The position numbers were made by a program, and so were the translations under genes. The notes below the pieces were generated by a model. That model ran no database searches and was not told the origin of the DNA. It was given only the letters and a program-made list of their open reading frames with translations. Shown here in pieces: positions 20,466 through 30,678 of a stretch of 64,000 nt of DNA (positions within the stretch are counted from its first letter, which is position 1; every line of letters starts with the position of its first letter). This DNA is from Candidatus Poribacteria bacterium. GTDB lineage: Bacteria; Poribacteria; WGA-4E; PCPOR2b. The DNA lies in assembly GCA_965116925.1 (NCBI GenBank), contig OZ220744.1, forward strand, positions 4,544,001 to 4,608,000, written 5' to 3'.

Positions 20466-21254
20466 CTACAGTTTTCTTGGGGTGCCACCATCGATATTTA
20501 TGATTTCGCCCGTTATGAATCGGGAATCATCGGAAACAAGGAAAAGTACTAAATTTGCTACATCTTCGGGATAGCCCGGACCGTCTAGTATCTGGGACAG
20601 ATCGAAGATCGGCTTGAAATAGTGATGTTCTCTGCCGCCGGTCGCCCCCGGGGTAAGGATTTGGCCGGGGCGCACGCAGTTGACTCGAATATTATGCTGT
20701 CCGCCCGTACTTGATGTGTACCGTGTAAAAGCCTCGACACCCGCTTTTGCCACGTAATATGAGGACGACGGCGTTCTGCCGGTTATATCATACATGTTTT
20801 TACTAAATCCGATGACAGCGGCAATGGAGGAGTTATTGACTATAGCACCGCCGCCTGCCTCTACCATGTGGGGCCAGACCGCTCGCGACATGTAGAAGGT
20901 GCCTGACAAGTTGACGTTAATTACCCGATCCCACCCCTCATCTCCTTCGTTGGGGAAGTTTTCTCCGGCTCCGCCGCCCGCGTTGTTAAAGAGGATATTA
21001 ATCGTACCGTATTTTGAGACCGCCGCTTCGACAGCCAAATCAACAGCACTACTATCTGAGACATCGCAAGAGATGAATGTCGCTTCGCCTCCCTCGCTAT
21101 TTATAGCCTCCTGAACTTGAGCCCCCTCCTCTACCCTTCTTGCCATGATGGCGACTTTCGCGCCTTCTTGGGCGAAGAGGTGGGCGGTCGCTTTACCGAT
21201 CCCGCTGTTTCCGCCTGTGACAACTGCAACTTTACCTTCTAGCCTTCCTGACAT
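20466..21254 (-). CDS. SDR family oxidoreductase
   Basis: TGGNSGIG, NNAG, YYVAK, VNCVRPG; start moved to MSGRLEGK after AGGAG. Confidence 0.93.
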   Translation of the reverse strand: MSGRLEGKVAVVTGGNSGIGKATAHLFAQEGAKVAIMARRVEEGAQVQEAINSEGGEATFISCDVSDSSAVDLAVEAAVSKYGTINILFNNAGGGAGENFPNEGDEGWDRVINVNLSGTFYMSRAVWPHMVEAGGGAIVNNSSIAAVIGFSKNMYDITGRTPSSSYYVAKAGVEAFTRYTSSTGGQHNIRVNCVRPGQILTPGATGGREHHYFKPIFDLSQILDGPGYPEDVANLVLFLVSDDSRFITGEIINIDGGTPRKL

Positions 21255-21292
21255 GATTTTTCTCCTTTGCACACATCCACAGTTTATCTGTT

Positions 21293-21526
21293 TATAGTAG
21301 ATTTTAGAATTAATGGGACACACCAAATCGGCGCAGTTAGAAACAGCGCCTACCAAACATGGGGAGCGAATCTGTTTTGGGACACACCAAATCGGCGCAG
21401 TTAGAAACAGCGCCTACCAAACATGGGGAGCGAATCTGTTTTGGGACACGTCAAATCGGCGCAGTTAGAAACAGCGCCTCAAACATGGGGAGCGAAAGTG
21501 TTTATTTATTTTTTGAATTCACTCTA
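21293..21526. mobile_element. MITE family A copy 1 with its 64-bp core amplified three times
   Basis: TATAGTAGATTTTAGAATTAAT... and ...GAATTCACTCTA ends; core units start at 21315, 21379 and 21443. Confidence 0.85.
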
Positions 21527-21534
21527 ACATTGCC

Positions 21535-21912
21535 TTAGTCTTCATATTCGACAACGACATCGTCGCCTTGGATCTTAACTGGGTAGGTTTTGGCTCGTAT
21601 CTCTGGATCTACCAAACAACGTCCGGTCGCAATATCGAACGCCCACTGGTGCCATGGACAGCGCAGCACCTCGCCTAAGCCGTCAACGGAGATTGTAGAG
21701 CCACGGGTAGAGGCGGGTGCATCGGTACTAACCCGACCGCTGAGTTCGCCGGTGCAGAGGGGACCGTTCTTGTGGGGACAGATGTTGCGTACGGCGTAGA
21801 ATGATCCGTTGACGTTAAAGACGCCAATACCAGCTCTGCCCCGGAACGGTACGACGATTTTGCGTTCGCCCGGTGGGATGTCCGCCACTTTACCGATAAC
21901 AACGCTTGCCAT
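21535..21912 (-). CDS. Rieske [2Fe-2S] ferredoxin
   Basis: CPH...CPWHQWAFD Rieske motifs. Confidence 0.92.
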   Translation of the reverse strand: MASVVIGKVADIPPGERKIVVPFRGRAGIGVFNVNGSFYAVRNICPHKNGPLCTGELSGRVSTDAPASTRGSTISVDGLGEVLRCPWHQWAFDIATGRCLVDPEIRAKTYPVKIQGDDVVVEYED

Positions 21913-21914
21913 GA

Positions 21915-23081
21915 TTAATTCCCTGTGTCTATCCGGAGCATATCGAGCGCATTACCGGCAAAGATTCGGTGGTGCAGGTCTTCATCGAGCTTGGGGAAGG
22001 TCGTTACCGGATCGTTCCAGTCGAAGTGCGGGAAGTCTGAGCAGAAGATTAGCGTTTCGTCTGCGTGCAGCATCTCCAACATCTGGTACATCTGCTCCGG
22101 TTTCTCCGGCTCGTGCATCGGTTGTGAACCGATTCGGATGTGCTCTCGGAAATACTCGCTCGGCAGTCGCTTGAGCCACGGGGTCTGGTCGCGCAGTGCT
22201 TTCCAGTCGGTGTCGAGATGCCACATTACAGAAACCGCCCAGAGCTGCTGCACTTCGATGAGGGCAAATTTAAAGTCTGGGAACTTCTCGAACACACCTT
22301 CGCAGATCAGAGATGTCGCATGTGCGCTAGCGACGGTAGGTCGGCTCATCCGCGATTCCATATAGTAAGTGGGATAGCCAACTGGGGTTGGGATGGTCCT
22401 CGCTGCGCCACCGCCTCCACCGATATGGGAAACCACCGGCAGTCCGTGCTGTTCGCACGCCTCCCAGATGGGATGATAGAAGCGATTGCCGAAGGGCATA
22501 CTTGTCCCCATCGGCACCATGACGGCAACGGTGTCCTTGCGGTCAGCCAGTCGATTGATTTCTTCGACTGCTTGGGGCGGGTCTGAAGGCGAAACGAGGA
22601 TGGCGTTGACGATACGCTCGTCGCGGTCGAGCCAATGTTCGATCGTCCAATCGTTGAACGCCGTGCACAGTGCGGCAGCCCAATCTGGATCAGGCAGTCC
22701 CGAATATCCGTAAAACACCGGGGGGCCGGTCAGGAGCCCGTAGTCGATATTCCAAGGATCCAGGTGTGTTTCTTGCAAGAATTCCAGCGTGAAATTGAAA
22801 TCGCGTGGATCGCCGCCGGTATTTTTTTTTGCCGGAACATCTTTGGTCTTCATGCGACCTTTCAGGTCTGTGCGGTTGGTCCGAATTGGGATGTTGGGAT
22901 ACCCACCCAGATGCAAACCTTGGTCTAGCAGATGCTCCTGATAGAATGTTGACAGATATGGTAGTAATTGTTCGGGGTTGCGAAAGTTGTGGTGGACATC
23001 GCAATCGACGATTGCGACGCCATTCTTGGGCTTGCCGGTCCAGCCCGGCGCAGTAATCGGTGTGGCTCCTATTTGGCTCAT
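21915..23081 (-). CDS. Amidohydrolase family protein (Amidohydro_2-like)
   Basis: DCDVHH, FNDW, YHPIW, SDFPHFD; start at MSQIG after AGGAGG. Confidence 0.88.
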   Translation of the reverse strand: MSQIGATPITAPGWTGKPKNGVAIVDCDVHHNFRNPEQLLPYLSTFYQEHLLDQGLHLGGYPNIPIRTNRTDLKGRMKTKDVPAKKNTGGDPRDFNFTLEFLQETHLDPWNIDYGLLTGPPVFYGYSGLPDPDWAAALCTAFNDWTIEHWLDRDERIVNAILVSPSDPPQAVEEINRLADRKDTVAVMVPMGTSMPFGNRFYHPIWEACEQHGLPVVSHIGGGGGAARTIPTPVGYPTYYMESRMSRPTVASAHATSLICEGVFEKFPDFKFALIEVQQLWAVSVMWHLDTDWKALRDQTPWLKRLPSEYFREHIRIGSQPMHEPEKPEQMYQMLEMLHADETLIFCSDFPHFDWNDPVTTFPKLDEDLHHRIFAGNALDMLRIDTGN

Positions 23082-23360
23082 ATAAATACCTCCTGACTCT
23101 TGAACTCCGCCTGACAAATCCTAATAATTTCGTTATAAGATACCATAGATAGGTGGGTAGATCAACAATTTATTTTTACGCGTTAGGGGTATTTAGCTCT
23201 TCTGTAGGAGGGATTTCCAAATCCCGACCCAGACGGGGAGAAAACCGAAGACTAAATGACCCTATAAAGTAGGTGCGATATTTGACATCAGGGGTAGATT
23301 TCAGGTAGAATAACGGTGGTATTTATACGACAATTTCCCCTCGCCGCAGATAAAGAAGAT

Positions 23361-26156
23361 ATGAAACCCGAAGACAGAGCAAGACAGCACATTGACCAAC
23401 TGCTTACCAAAACAGGCTGGACGATCCAAGATCGAGAGCAGATGAATCTTGGCGCATCGCAGGGGGTCGCAGTACGTGAATATCCTATGTCCTCCGGCCC
23501 CACAGATTATCTGCTATTTGTTGACAGAAAAGCGATTGGGGCGATTGAAGCCAAACCGGAGGGCACAACCCTTGGCGGTGTAGCCGAGCAAACCGAGAAG
23601 TACCTCACCGGGATTCTACGCAACCTGCAATACTATCAAAACCCCCTACCGTTTGGTTATGAAAGCACGGGTGTTGAAACGTTCTTCCGTGATCTACGAG
23701 ATCCGGACTCCCGCTCCCGCCGCGTTTTTGCCTTCCACACGCCGGAGACCTTGTTACAGTGGATTAGGCAGCAACGAACATTACGAGACTATCTCCAGAC
23801 ACTGCCCATACTAGAACAGCAGGATTTACGAAATTGTCAGATCGAGGCAATCACCAATCTAGAGAAGTCATTTGCTGCAGATCGCCCACGCGCGTTAATC
23901 CAAATGGCAACTGGCAGCGGGAAGACATACACCGCCGTGAGTTTCGTCTATCGTCTAATCAAGCACGCAAAAGCCGAGAGAATACTATTTCTTGTTGATC
24001 GCAGCAATCTTGGAAGACAAACACTCAAAGAATTTCAGCAGTATACCACGCCGGACGATGGCAGAAAATTCACCGAGTTTTACGATGTGCAACATCTCAC
24101 TACTAACCAGATAGATAAGGTAAGTAAAGTTTGTATCACCACGATTCAGCGGTTGTATTCGATGCTAAAAGGAGATTCGGATTTTGATGAGGAGAACGAG
24201 AGTGAATCACTATTCAACGGTGACTTGGGGAATCAATCCGCTGCAGAGATAGAGTACAACCCCAATATTCCGATTTCGACTTTTGACTGTATCATCACCG
24301 ACGAGTGCCACCGCTCGATCTATAACCGATGGCGACCCGTGCTAGAGTATTTTGATGCCTTTATCGTAGGTCTCACCGCTACACCTTCAAAGCAGACACT
24401 TGGATTTTTCAATCAGAACTTGGTCACGGAGTACCCCCACGAGCGGGCGGTCGCCGATGGCGTGAATGTAGGGTATGATGTGTATCGCATCAAGACTGAG
24501 ATCTCGGAGACAGGCGGCGAGATCCCTCCCGGCTTTTACGTTGACAAAAGGGACAAACTCACCCGCAAGACCCGATGGGAGATGTTGGATGAGGAGATGG
24601 AGTACAGTGCGAATCAACTTGACCGTGATGTGGTGGCACCCGACCAGATTCGCAAAGTGATTCAAACCTTCCGAGATAACCTGTTCACAGAGATTTTTCC
24701 CAGCAGAAAGCATGTCCCGAAAACGCTCATCTTTGCCAAAGACGACTCCCACGCTGAGGACATACTGCGTATCGTCCATGAGGAGTTTGGAAAGGGCAAC
24801 GACTTCTGCAAAAAAATTACCTACCGCACGACGGGCGATACAGCGGAAAACCTGCTCGCCAGCTTCCGCAATTCATACAATCCACGCATCGCTATAACGG
24901 TGGACATGGTCGCCACCGGCACAGATATCAAGCCTTTAGAGTGTATCATCTTCATGCGAAACATCAAATCGCGGGTCTATTTTGAGCAGATGAAGGGCAG
25001 AGGCACGCGCACGATTTCATCAACAGATTTACACGGGGTCACTCCCGACACCCATCACAAAACCCGTTTCGTAATTGTCGATGCCGTGGGCGTTTGTGAG
25101 AATGACAAAACCGATTCCCGACCGCTTGAGCGAAAACGGAGCGTACCGTTTGATAAGTTGCTTGAGTCTGTGATGCTTGGCAATCGAGACCCCGATACCT
25201 TAACCTCGTTGGCGGGCAGGCTCGCACAGCTTGACCGTGAGATTGGAGACGATGAGCGAAAGCGAGTCACCGAAGTGTCAGGGGGTCTCTCCTTGCAGCG
25301 TATGATCCACACCTTGTTTGATGCGATGGATCCAGATAAAGATCAACAGCTAATCGGGTTGATCGCATCACCTACGGAAACCCTAGTACCGGAGCATATT
25401 CGGCTATTGCTTGAATCCCCCGCAGAATCTTTAACGCAGGAACAAATTCAGGAAAGAGCAGATTGGCTTATCATGGAGGCGTGTAAACCCTTCGATAACC
25501 CGGACTTACGCAATACGCTCATTGACCTCAAAAGGCAGCAGGAGCAGACAATAGACACCGTAAGCCAAGATAACGTCACCTTTGCGGGATTTGATCAAGG
25601 GGCAGAGGCGTGGGCAGAGCAGCGCGTGGAGAGTTTCAAACAGTTTATTGCAGAGAACAGGGATGAACTGACAGCGATCCAGATCCTCTACAGCAAACCG
25701 TACGGCCAGCGACATCTCACATATCAACAGGTTGAACAGCTCGCTGAAGCGATCAAAAAGCCACCGTATCGCTTAACAACAGCGGAGCTATGGCGGGCGT
25801 ACGAGCAGTTGGATCAACTGAAAGTTAAGGGAGCGGGACCAGACAAGTTGTTGACGGACATCATCTCGTTGGTTCGGTTTGCAATCGACGATACCGCAAC
25901 GCTTGAGCCTTATAAAGAGACCGTCGATCAACGGTTCCAAGAATGGCTCAATAATCAGGAGGGCTCATTTTCAGCAGAACAGATGGCGTGGTTGGAAATG
26001 ATAAAAGACCACATCGCTACATCGGTACGCATTGAGATAGATGATTTTGAGAACGTACCGTTTCAAGCAAAAGGTGGGGCAAGCAAGGTGTATGATCTAT
26101 TTGGCGATGCGCTATATACAATTCTTGAGACGTTGAATGAGGGTTTGGCGGCGTAA
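23361..26156 (+). CDS. hsdR: Type I restriction enzyme R subunit
   Basis: DYLLF...IEAK nuclease motif, MATGSGKT, DECH, GLTATP, QMKGRGTR, EcoEI-like C-terminus. Confidence 0.93.
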   Translation: MKPEDRARQHIDQLLTKTGWTIQDREQMNLGASQGVAVREYPMSSGPTDYLLFVDRKAIGAIEAKPEGTTLGGVAEQTEKYLTGILRNLQYYQNPLPFGYESTGVETFFRDLRDPDSRSRRVFAFHTPETLLQWIRQQRTLRDYLQTLPILEQQDLRNCQIEAITNLEKSFAADRPRALIQMATGSGKTYTAVSFVYRLIKHAKAERILFLVDRSNLGRQTLKEFQQYTTPDDGRKFTEFYDVQHLTTNQIDKVSKVCITTIQRLYSMLKGDSDFDEENESESLFNGDLGNQSAAEIEYNPNIPISTFDCIITDECHRSIYNRWRPVLEYFDAFIVGLTATPSKQTLGFFNQNLVTEYPHERAVADGVNVGYDVYRIKTEISETGGEIPPGFYVDKRDKLTRKTRWEMLDEEMEYSANQLDRDVVAPDQIRKVIQTFRDNLFTEIFPSRKHVPKTLIFAKDDSHAEDILRIVHEEFGKGNDFCKKITYRTTGDTAENLLASFRNSYNPRIAITVDMVATGTDIKPLECIIFMRNIKSRVYFEQMKGRGTRTISSTDLHGVTPDTHHKTRFVIVDAVGVCENDKTDSRPLERKRSVPFDKLLESVMLGNRDPDTLTSLAGRLAQLDREIGDDERKRVTEVSGGLSLQRMIHTLFDAMDPDKDQQLIGLIASPTETLVPEHIRLLLESPAESLTQEQIQERADWLIMEACKPFDNPDLRNTLIDLKRQQEQTIDTVSQDNVTFAGFDQGAEAWAEQRVESFKQFIAENRDELTAIQILYSKPYGQRHLTYQQVEQLAEAIKKPPYRLTTAELWRAYEQLDQLKVKGAGPDKLLTDIISLVRFAIDDTATLEPYKETVDQRFQEWLNNQEGSFSAEQMAWLEMIKDHIATSVRIEIDDFENVPFQAKGGASKVYDLFGDALYTILETLNEGLAA

Positions 26157-26194
26157 GGTAGGCACCTTGATATGTTTCTCAATGACTCTATAGT

Positions 26195-26296
26195 GTTATT
26201 AGCGAGAACTTAACAAAACGCTAATAACGCTGCGTCTTATTAGCAAAAATGCAAATAAAACTTGCAAAAATACAAATAAAATTTGTGTCTTATTAA
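26195..26296 (+). promoter_or_regulatory. Repeated operator-like motifs upstream of fic
   Basis: GTTATTAGCG/CGCTAATAAC inverted pair, two TCTTATTA copies, and a 21-bp AT-rich tandem repeat. Confidence 0.45.
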
Positions 26297-26312
26297 TGGA
26301 AAGTGACAAAAA

Positions 26313-27503
26313 ATGAACCCGGAAGACTTCAAAAATTCAACTGCTGGTAAATGCCTTCGTATAATAACCCAGCCTCCATATTGGGCTTATGTACCGAATC
26401 CACTCCCACCAAAAATCGAACTGGATTGGGATTTGGCGAGCCTGCTATCAGAAGCAGACAGTAGGCTTGGGGAGTTATCCGGTGCAGGTCAACTGCTTCC
26501 GAATCCACATCTGTTGATTAGACCATTTATTCGGCGTGAAGCTGTAACTAGTTCAAGAATTGAAAACACTCAATCCGGTTTGGACGACCTCTTTTTCTTT
26601 GAGGCGGATGAAACAGAACGACCTCCTATGTCCGATGTAACAGAGATTATCAACTATGTCCTAGCCATGGAATATGGAATTAAACGATTGGAGGATTTGC
26701 CGATTAGTTATAGGCTCATCTGTGAAATACACGAGATCCTAATGAAGGGGGTGCGGGGTGAAAATGCAACCCCGGGGCAAGTGCGAACGAGCCAAAATTG
26801 GCTTGGTAGCCCCGGATGTACTTTGATGGAGGCAACTTATGTTCCTCCGCCAGTGCCAGAAATGCAGCGGTGTTTTTCGGACTTGGAAAGATACATACAT
26901 TCCAACGCAAAAGGACCAGCACTAATCCAGTGCGCTCTGGTTCATTATCAGTTTGAAGCAATTCACCCTTTTGTTGATGGCAATGGAAGAATCGGTAGGC
27001 TTTTGATCACGTTTATGTTATTGGAAAGGAGCTTGCTATCGCAGCCTCTCCTGTATCTTTCCGATTTTTTTGAACAGCACAGGGACGAGTATTATAGATT
27101 GCTGCTGAACGTAAGCCAAAAAGGGGACTGGAAGGCGTGGATCACATTTTTCTTAAACGGAGTTCGTCAACAGTCAGAAGATGCCCTTTTGACGATTCAA
27201 AAATTGCGTGCTCTACAAAACCGATACAAAGAAATTGCAGTCGGTCAAAGGGTGCCAAAGATTGTAAATCACTTAATTGACTATCTGTTTGCAAGTCCTG
27301 TTATTTCAGTTTCAGCATTATCGAAGACTTGGGAAATAACGTATTCTACCGTTCAGCGAGGGGTGAACTACCTTATCGAAAAAGGCATACTCCAGGAAAT
27401 AACTGGAGGCCAGCGAAACCGTCTGTTTGTTGCACATGAGATATATAATATAATCATGACAGAGAGAACAAAATCAATGAATCCAAAGAAGGATGTGATA
27501 TGA
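26313..27503 (+). CDS. Fic family protein with N-terminal inhibitory motif and C-terminal HTH
   Basis: HPFVDGNGRIGR catalytic motif; SSRIEN fits (S/T)xxxE(G/N). Confidence 0.92.
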   Translation: MNPEDFKNSTAGKCLRIITQPPYWAYVPNPLPPKIELDWDLASLLSEADSRLGELSGAGQLLPNPHLLIRPFIRREAVTSSRIENTQSGLDDLFFFEADETERPPMSDVTEIINYVLAMEYGIKRLEDLPISYRLICEIHEILMKGVRGENATPGQVRTSQNWLGSPGCTLMEATYVPPPVPEMQRCFSDLERYIHSNAKGPALIQCALVHYQFEAIHPFVDGNGRIGRLLITFMLLERSLLSQPLLYLSDFFEQHRDEYYRLLLNVSQKGDWKAWITFFLNGVRQQSEDALLTIQKLRALQNRYKEIAVGQRVPKIVNHLIDYLFASPVISVSALSKTWEITYSTVQRGVNYLIEKGILQEITGGQRNRLFVAHEIYNIIMTERTKSMNPKKDVI

Positions 27504-28936
27504 GCGAAACGGGTGTAGATTTATCTGAGTTGCCCGATGGGTGGGTATGGACGACGGTTAGAAGTGCTGTTGAGAAAGTGTCTCTAGGCAAAAAGAAACT
27601 TCAACAAAAAAACTATGAAACAGTAGGAAAGCTTCCGGTTATAGACCAAGGACTGTCTTTTATTGGTGGATATACTAATCATGAGGAACTAACAGTTGAG
27701 TGTCAGTTACCGATTGTAGTTTTTGGTGACCATACTAAGGCATTCAAGTATGTGGATTTTGATTTTGTAGCTGGTGCTGATGGAATAAAGGTGATTAGAC
27801 CTCAAGAAATGTACTATCCCAAACTGTTTTATTATTTTGCACGAGCAATTTCACTTCCAGAGAAAGGATATGCGAGACACTTTCAATTCCTAGAAAAGGC
27901 ACCAATTCCCCTTCCCCCACTTCCTGAACAACATCGCATCGTCGCCAAAATTGAAGAGCTTTTCACCAAACTTGATGCGGGCATAAACGAACTCCACAAG
28001 GCACAATCCCAACTCAAGCGCTATCGCCAATCCGTTCTGAAAGCTGCCTTTGAAGGCAAATTGACCGAAGAGTGGCGACTGGAACATCAAGACGAGATTG
28101 AACCTGCTTCTGTACTACTTGAGCGCATTCTCAAAGCGCGGCGCGAGAAGTGGGAGGCAGAGCAGCTTGAGCAGATGCAGGCAAAGGGGAAAATACTCAA
28201 AGATGATAGATGGAAGGCGAAGTATAAAGAACCTATTGCACCTGATACGAACAATCTACCCGAATTGCCAGAAGAGTGGACTTGGGCAACTGTTGAACAA
28301 CTCTTGACAAAAATCCAATACGGTTCCTCAAAAAAAACAGGTGATGATTCAAATGGTGTACCTGTGCTGAGGATGGGGAATATTGTTGACGGTAACATCG
28401 CTCCTGATAATCTGAAGTACCTCCCGAAAGAACACGATGAATTTCCAGAATTGTTGCTAAATAAAGGCGATTTGCTATTCAATCGCACAAATAGCCGTGA
28501 ATTAGTTGGCAAAACGGCAGTTTATACAGGAAACCCCAATCCATGTTCGTTTGCTTCATATTTGATTCGGGTACAGTTTAATCTACATATTGATTCGATG
28601 ATTGTAGCGTACTATATTAACTCCGTGTATGGTAAAAATTGGATTTTATCGGTCGTGTCTCAGCAGGCGGGGCAGGCAAATGTAAACGGCACAAAACTCA
28701 AACTTCTTGCAGTGCCTATGCTACCAGAAAAAGAGCAGCAGATCCTTGTCGAAGAAGTTGAACGCCATCTCTCCGCTGCCGACGAAGTAGAGAAAACCAT
28801 CACGGCGGAACTGAAACGCGCCGAGCAATTGCGGCAGTCCATTCTCAAAAAAGCCTTCTCCGGAAAACTGGTGCCGCAAGACCCGAACGATGAGCCTGTC
28901 AGCGTCCTGCTTGAGCGGATCAAAGCAGAGAAATAA
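27500..28936 (+). CDS. hsdS: Type I restriction-modification specificity subunit
   Basis: LPDGWVW, PLPPLPEQHRIVAKIEEL, RQSVLKAAFEGKL, second TRD, SILKKAFSGKLVPQDP. Confidence 0.94.
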   Translation: MSETGVDLSELPDGWVWTTVRSAVEKVSLGKKKLQQKNYETVGKLPVIDQGLSFIGGYTNHEELTVECQLPIVVFGDHTKAFKYVDFDFVAGADGIKVIRPQEMYYPKLFYYFARAISLPEKGYARHFQFLEKAPIPLPPLPEQHRIVAKIEELFTKLDAGINELHKAQSQLKRYRQSVLKAAFEGKLTEEWRLEHQDEIEPASVLLERILKARREKWEAEQLEQMQAKGKILKDDRWKAKYKEPIAPDTNNLPELPEEWTWATVEQLLTKIQYGSSKKTGDDSNGVPVLRMGNIVDGNIAPDNLKYLPKEHDEFPELLLNKGDLLFNRTNSRELVGKTAVYTGNPNPCSFASYLIRVQFNLHIDSMIVAYYINSVYGKNWILSVVSQQAGQANVNGTKLKLLAVPMLPEKEQQILVEEVERHLSAADEVEKTITAELKRAEQLRQSILKKAFSGKLVPQDPNDEPVSVLLERIKAEK

Positions 28937-28937
28937 A

Positions 28938-28966
28938 TTGCTTTTTGGTGAAAATTGTGTTATAAT
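28938..28966 (+). promoter_or_regulatory. Sigma70-type promoter immediately after hsdS
   Basis: TTGCTT-17 bp-TATAAT with extended -10 TG. Confidence 0.6.
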
Positions 28967-29035
28967 TAGTGTGATTAAGTAATAATATTAGTGTGAATAG
29001 AATTTTATTATTTACAAGATTTACGCACTTGAGAG

Positions 29036-29290
29036 TTTTGACCTGTCAGGGACCTGCCAAATCCCTGACATTTGGCGAGGTTATGGCGACATTTCGGTGA
29101 AAAACGGTTCATAAATAGTGCGTATTTGGCAGGTCAAAAAGCCGTCTGCACGCTCCTTCTGTTGGGTGGTAAAAATCTACAAATGCTCTGAAGCTAGGCC
29201 CCATCAGGGTTCAAAGCGATACCGGCAAATGATGAACCCCTGATGTGAGGTTGAATTTTTTTTTGGACCTGCCAGGGCCCTGCCAAATTG
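29036..29290. repeat. Cluster of direct and inverted GACCTGCCAAAT-type repeats and hairpins
   Basis: ~26-bp direct repeat at 29038 and 29262, inverted copy at 29124-29139, stems TGTCAGGGA/TCCCTGACA and CATCAGGGTTCA/TGAACCCCTGATG. Confidence 0.7.
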
Positions 29291-29598
29291 CCGAATCGTA
29301 CGGGGGTGAGATGTAAATAGCGATACCGATTTGCTTCATTTTTTTTCTTGTATATTTTAGAAAAAGAACCTGATATAATGATTGTCAAGTAAAAAAACGC
29401 CCCCAAATGGCTGGATATTTAGAGAGATTTCTTTTTCTCAGATACCGCTGTCAATTGGGGTTGATCTGTATACCATCAGCATGATTGCAAAACTTTTTGG
29501 TTTTCTGGTTAGAGAGGCATATAGAAAAGAACTTAGTGGGATGTAAAATAAGGGCTTATCGGCATACCCATTTCCTGTATTCACGGTCGGTGAACGTT

Positions 29599-30678
29599 AT
29601 GGACAATAAATCAAAATCAATATCCGCGGTAGATCTATTTTGTGGGGTTGGTGGTCTGACATACGGGCTTGAGCAAGCCGGCATAAAGGTGAACGCGGGG
29701 ATTGACATTGACGAAACGTGCAAATATGCCTACGAGGAAAACAACGAGGCAGACTTTATCTGCAAAGACATCGCTTCAGTAACCGACGAATATCTCTCCT
29801 CGTTATACCCAGAAGGCGACATCAAACTGCTCGTTGGGTGCGCCCCATGCCAACCGTTTTCCTATCATATGCGCAAATTCAAAAATCAAATACCTGACGA
29901 TCGGTGGGGAATGCTCGCTAACATGCAGGAATTAATCAAGAAGGTTAAGCCTGAAATTGTCTCCATGGAGAATGTTCCACTCATCCAAAAACATCAGGTT
30001 TTTACAGATTTTGTTGATACGCTTGATGATTTAGACTATCAGGTTCATCATGAGGTAGTATACTGCCCCGATTATGGGGTGCCGCAGAAACGCCGCCGTC
30101 TTGTACTCATTGCTTCTAAGTTTGGAGAGATTGTCCCTCTTCCTAAAACGTACGCCCCCTCTGAGCAAAAGGGTTTGAAATCCTATCAGGTCGTCAAGGA
30201 TGCCATTGGTGGCCTCCCCGCAATCACAGACGGTCAAGTGTGTGACAAAGACCCTCTTCATCGGTCGCGGAACCTCTCGGTCCTCAACAAAGAACGGATA
30301 AAACAGTCCTCGCCCGGCGGGACGTGGTTAGATTGGGATACTGAGCTGCGTGCCCCGTGCCACCAGAAGGCATCAGGCGCAACTTACAAGTCTGTTTACG
30401 CCCGTATGGAATGGGATAATCTTGCCCCGACCATCACAACACAGTTTTATTCTTTCGGTACAGGGCGGTTCGGCCATCCCGAGCAAGACCGAGCACTATC
30501 ACTCCGAGAGGGGGCACTTCTGCAAACATTTCCTTCAGATTACGACTTTATAGACCCGGCTGTCTCTATCTCATTCACGCGCATAGGTGTCCATATCGGA
30601 AACGCAGTCCCTGTCCAACTCGCAACAGTTATCGGTCAAAGTATCCAAAAGCACTTGGAGGCGGTCAACTATGAGTGA
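29599..30678 (+). CDS. DNA (cytosine-5) methyltransferase
   Basis: DLFCGVGG (motif I), APCQPFS (IV), ENV (VI), PQKRRR (VIII), REGALLQTFP, IGNAVP. Confidence 0.95.
   Translation: MDNKSKSISAVDLFCGVGGLTYGLEQAGIKVNAGIDIDETCKYAYEENNEADFICKDIASVTDEYLSSLYPEGDIKLLVGCAPCQPFSYHMRKFKNQIPDDRWGMLANMQELIKKVKPEIVSMENVPLIQKHQVFTDFVDTLDDLDYQVHHEVVYCPDYGVPQKRRRLVLIASKFGEIVPLPKTYAPSEQKGLKSYQVVKDAIGGLPAITDGQVCDKDPLHRSRNLSVLNKERIKQSSPGGTWLDWDTELRAPCHQKASGATYKSVYARMEWDNLAPTITTQFYSFGTGRFGHPEQDRALSLREGALLQTFPSDYDFIDPAVSISFTRIGVHIGNAVPVQLATVIGQSIQKHLEAVNYE

Noticed and set aside
21255..21356. N-terminal extension of the SDR ORF (also extensions of 52054-53013, 29485-30678 and 30587-32668)
   Set aside because: The extensions run into repeats or neighbouring genes; downstream starts match RBS positions or family N-termini.
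21315..21500. Possible CRISPR array
   Set aside because: Units are contiguous 64-bp near-identical repeats with no unique spacers, and there are no cas genes; they lie within a MITE.
27500..28936. Phase-variable hsdS shufflon
   Set aside because: Only one hsdS, with no spare TRDs and no recombinase in the window.
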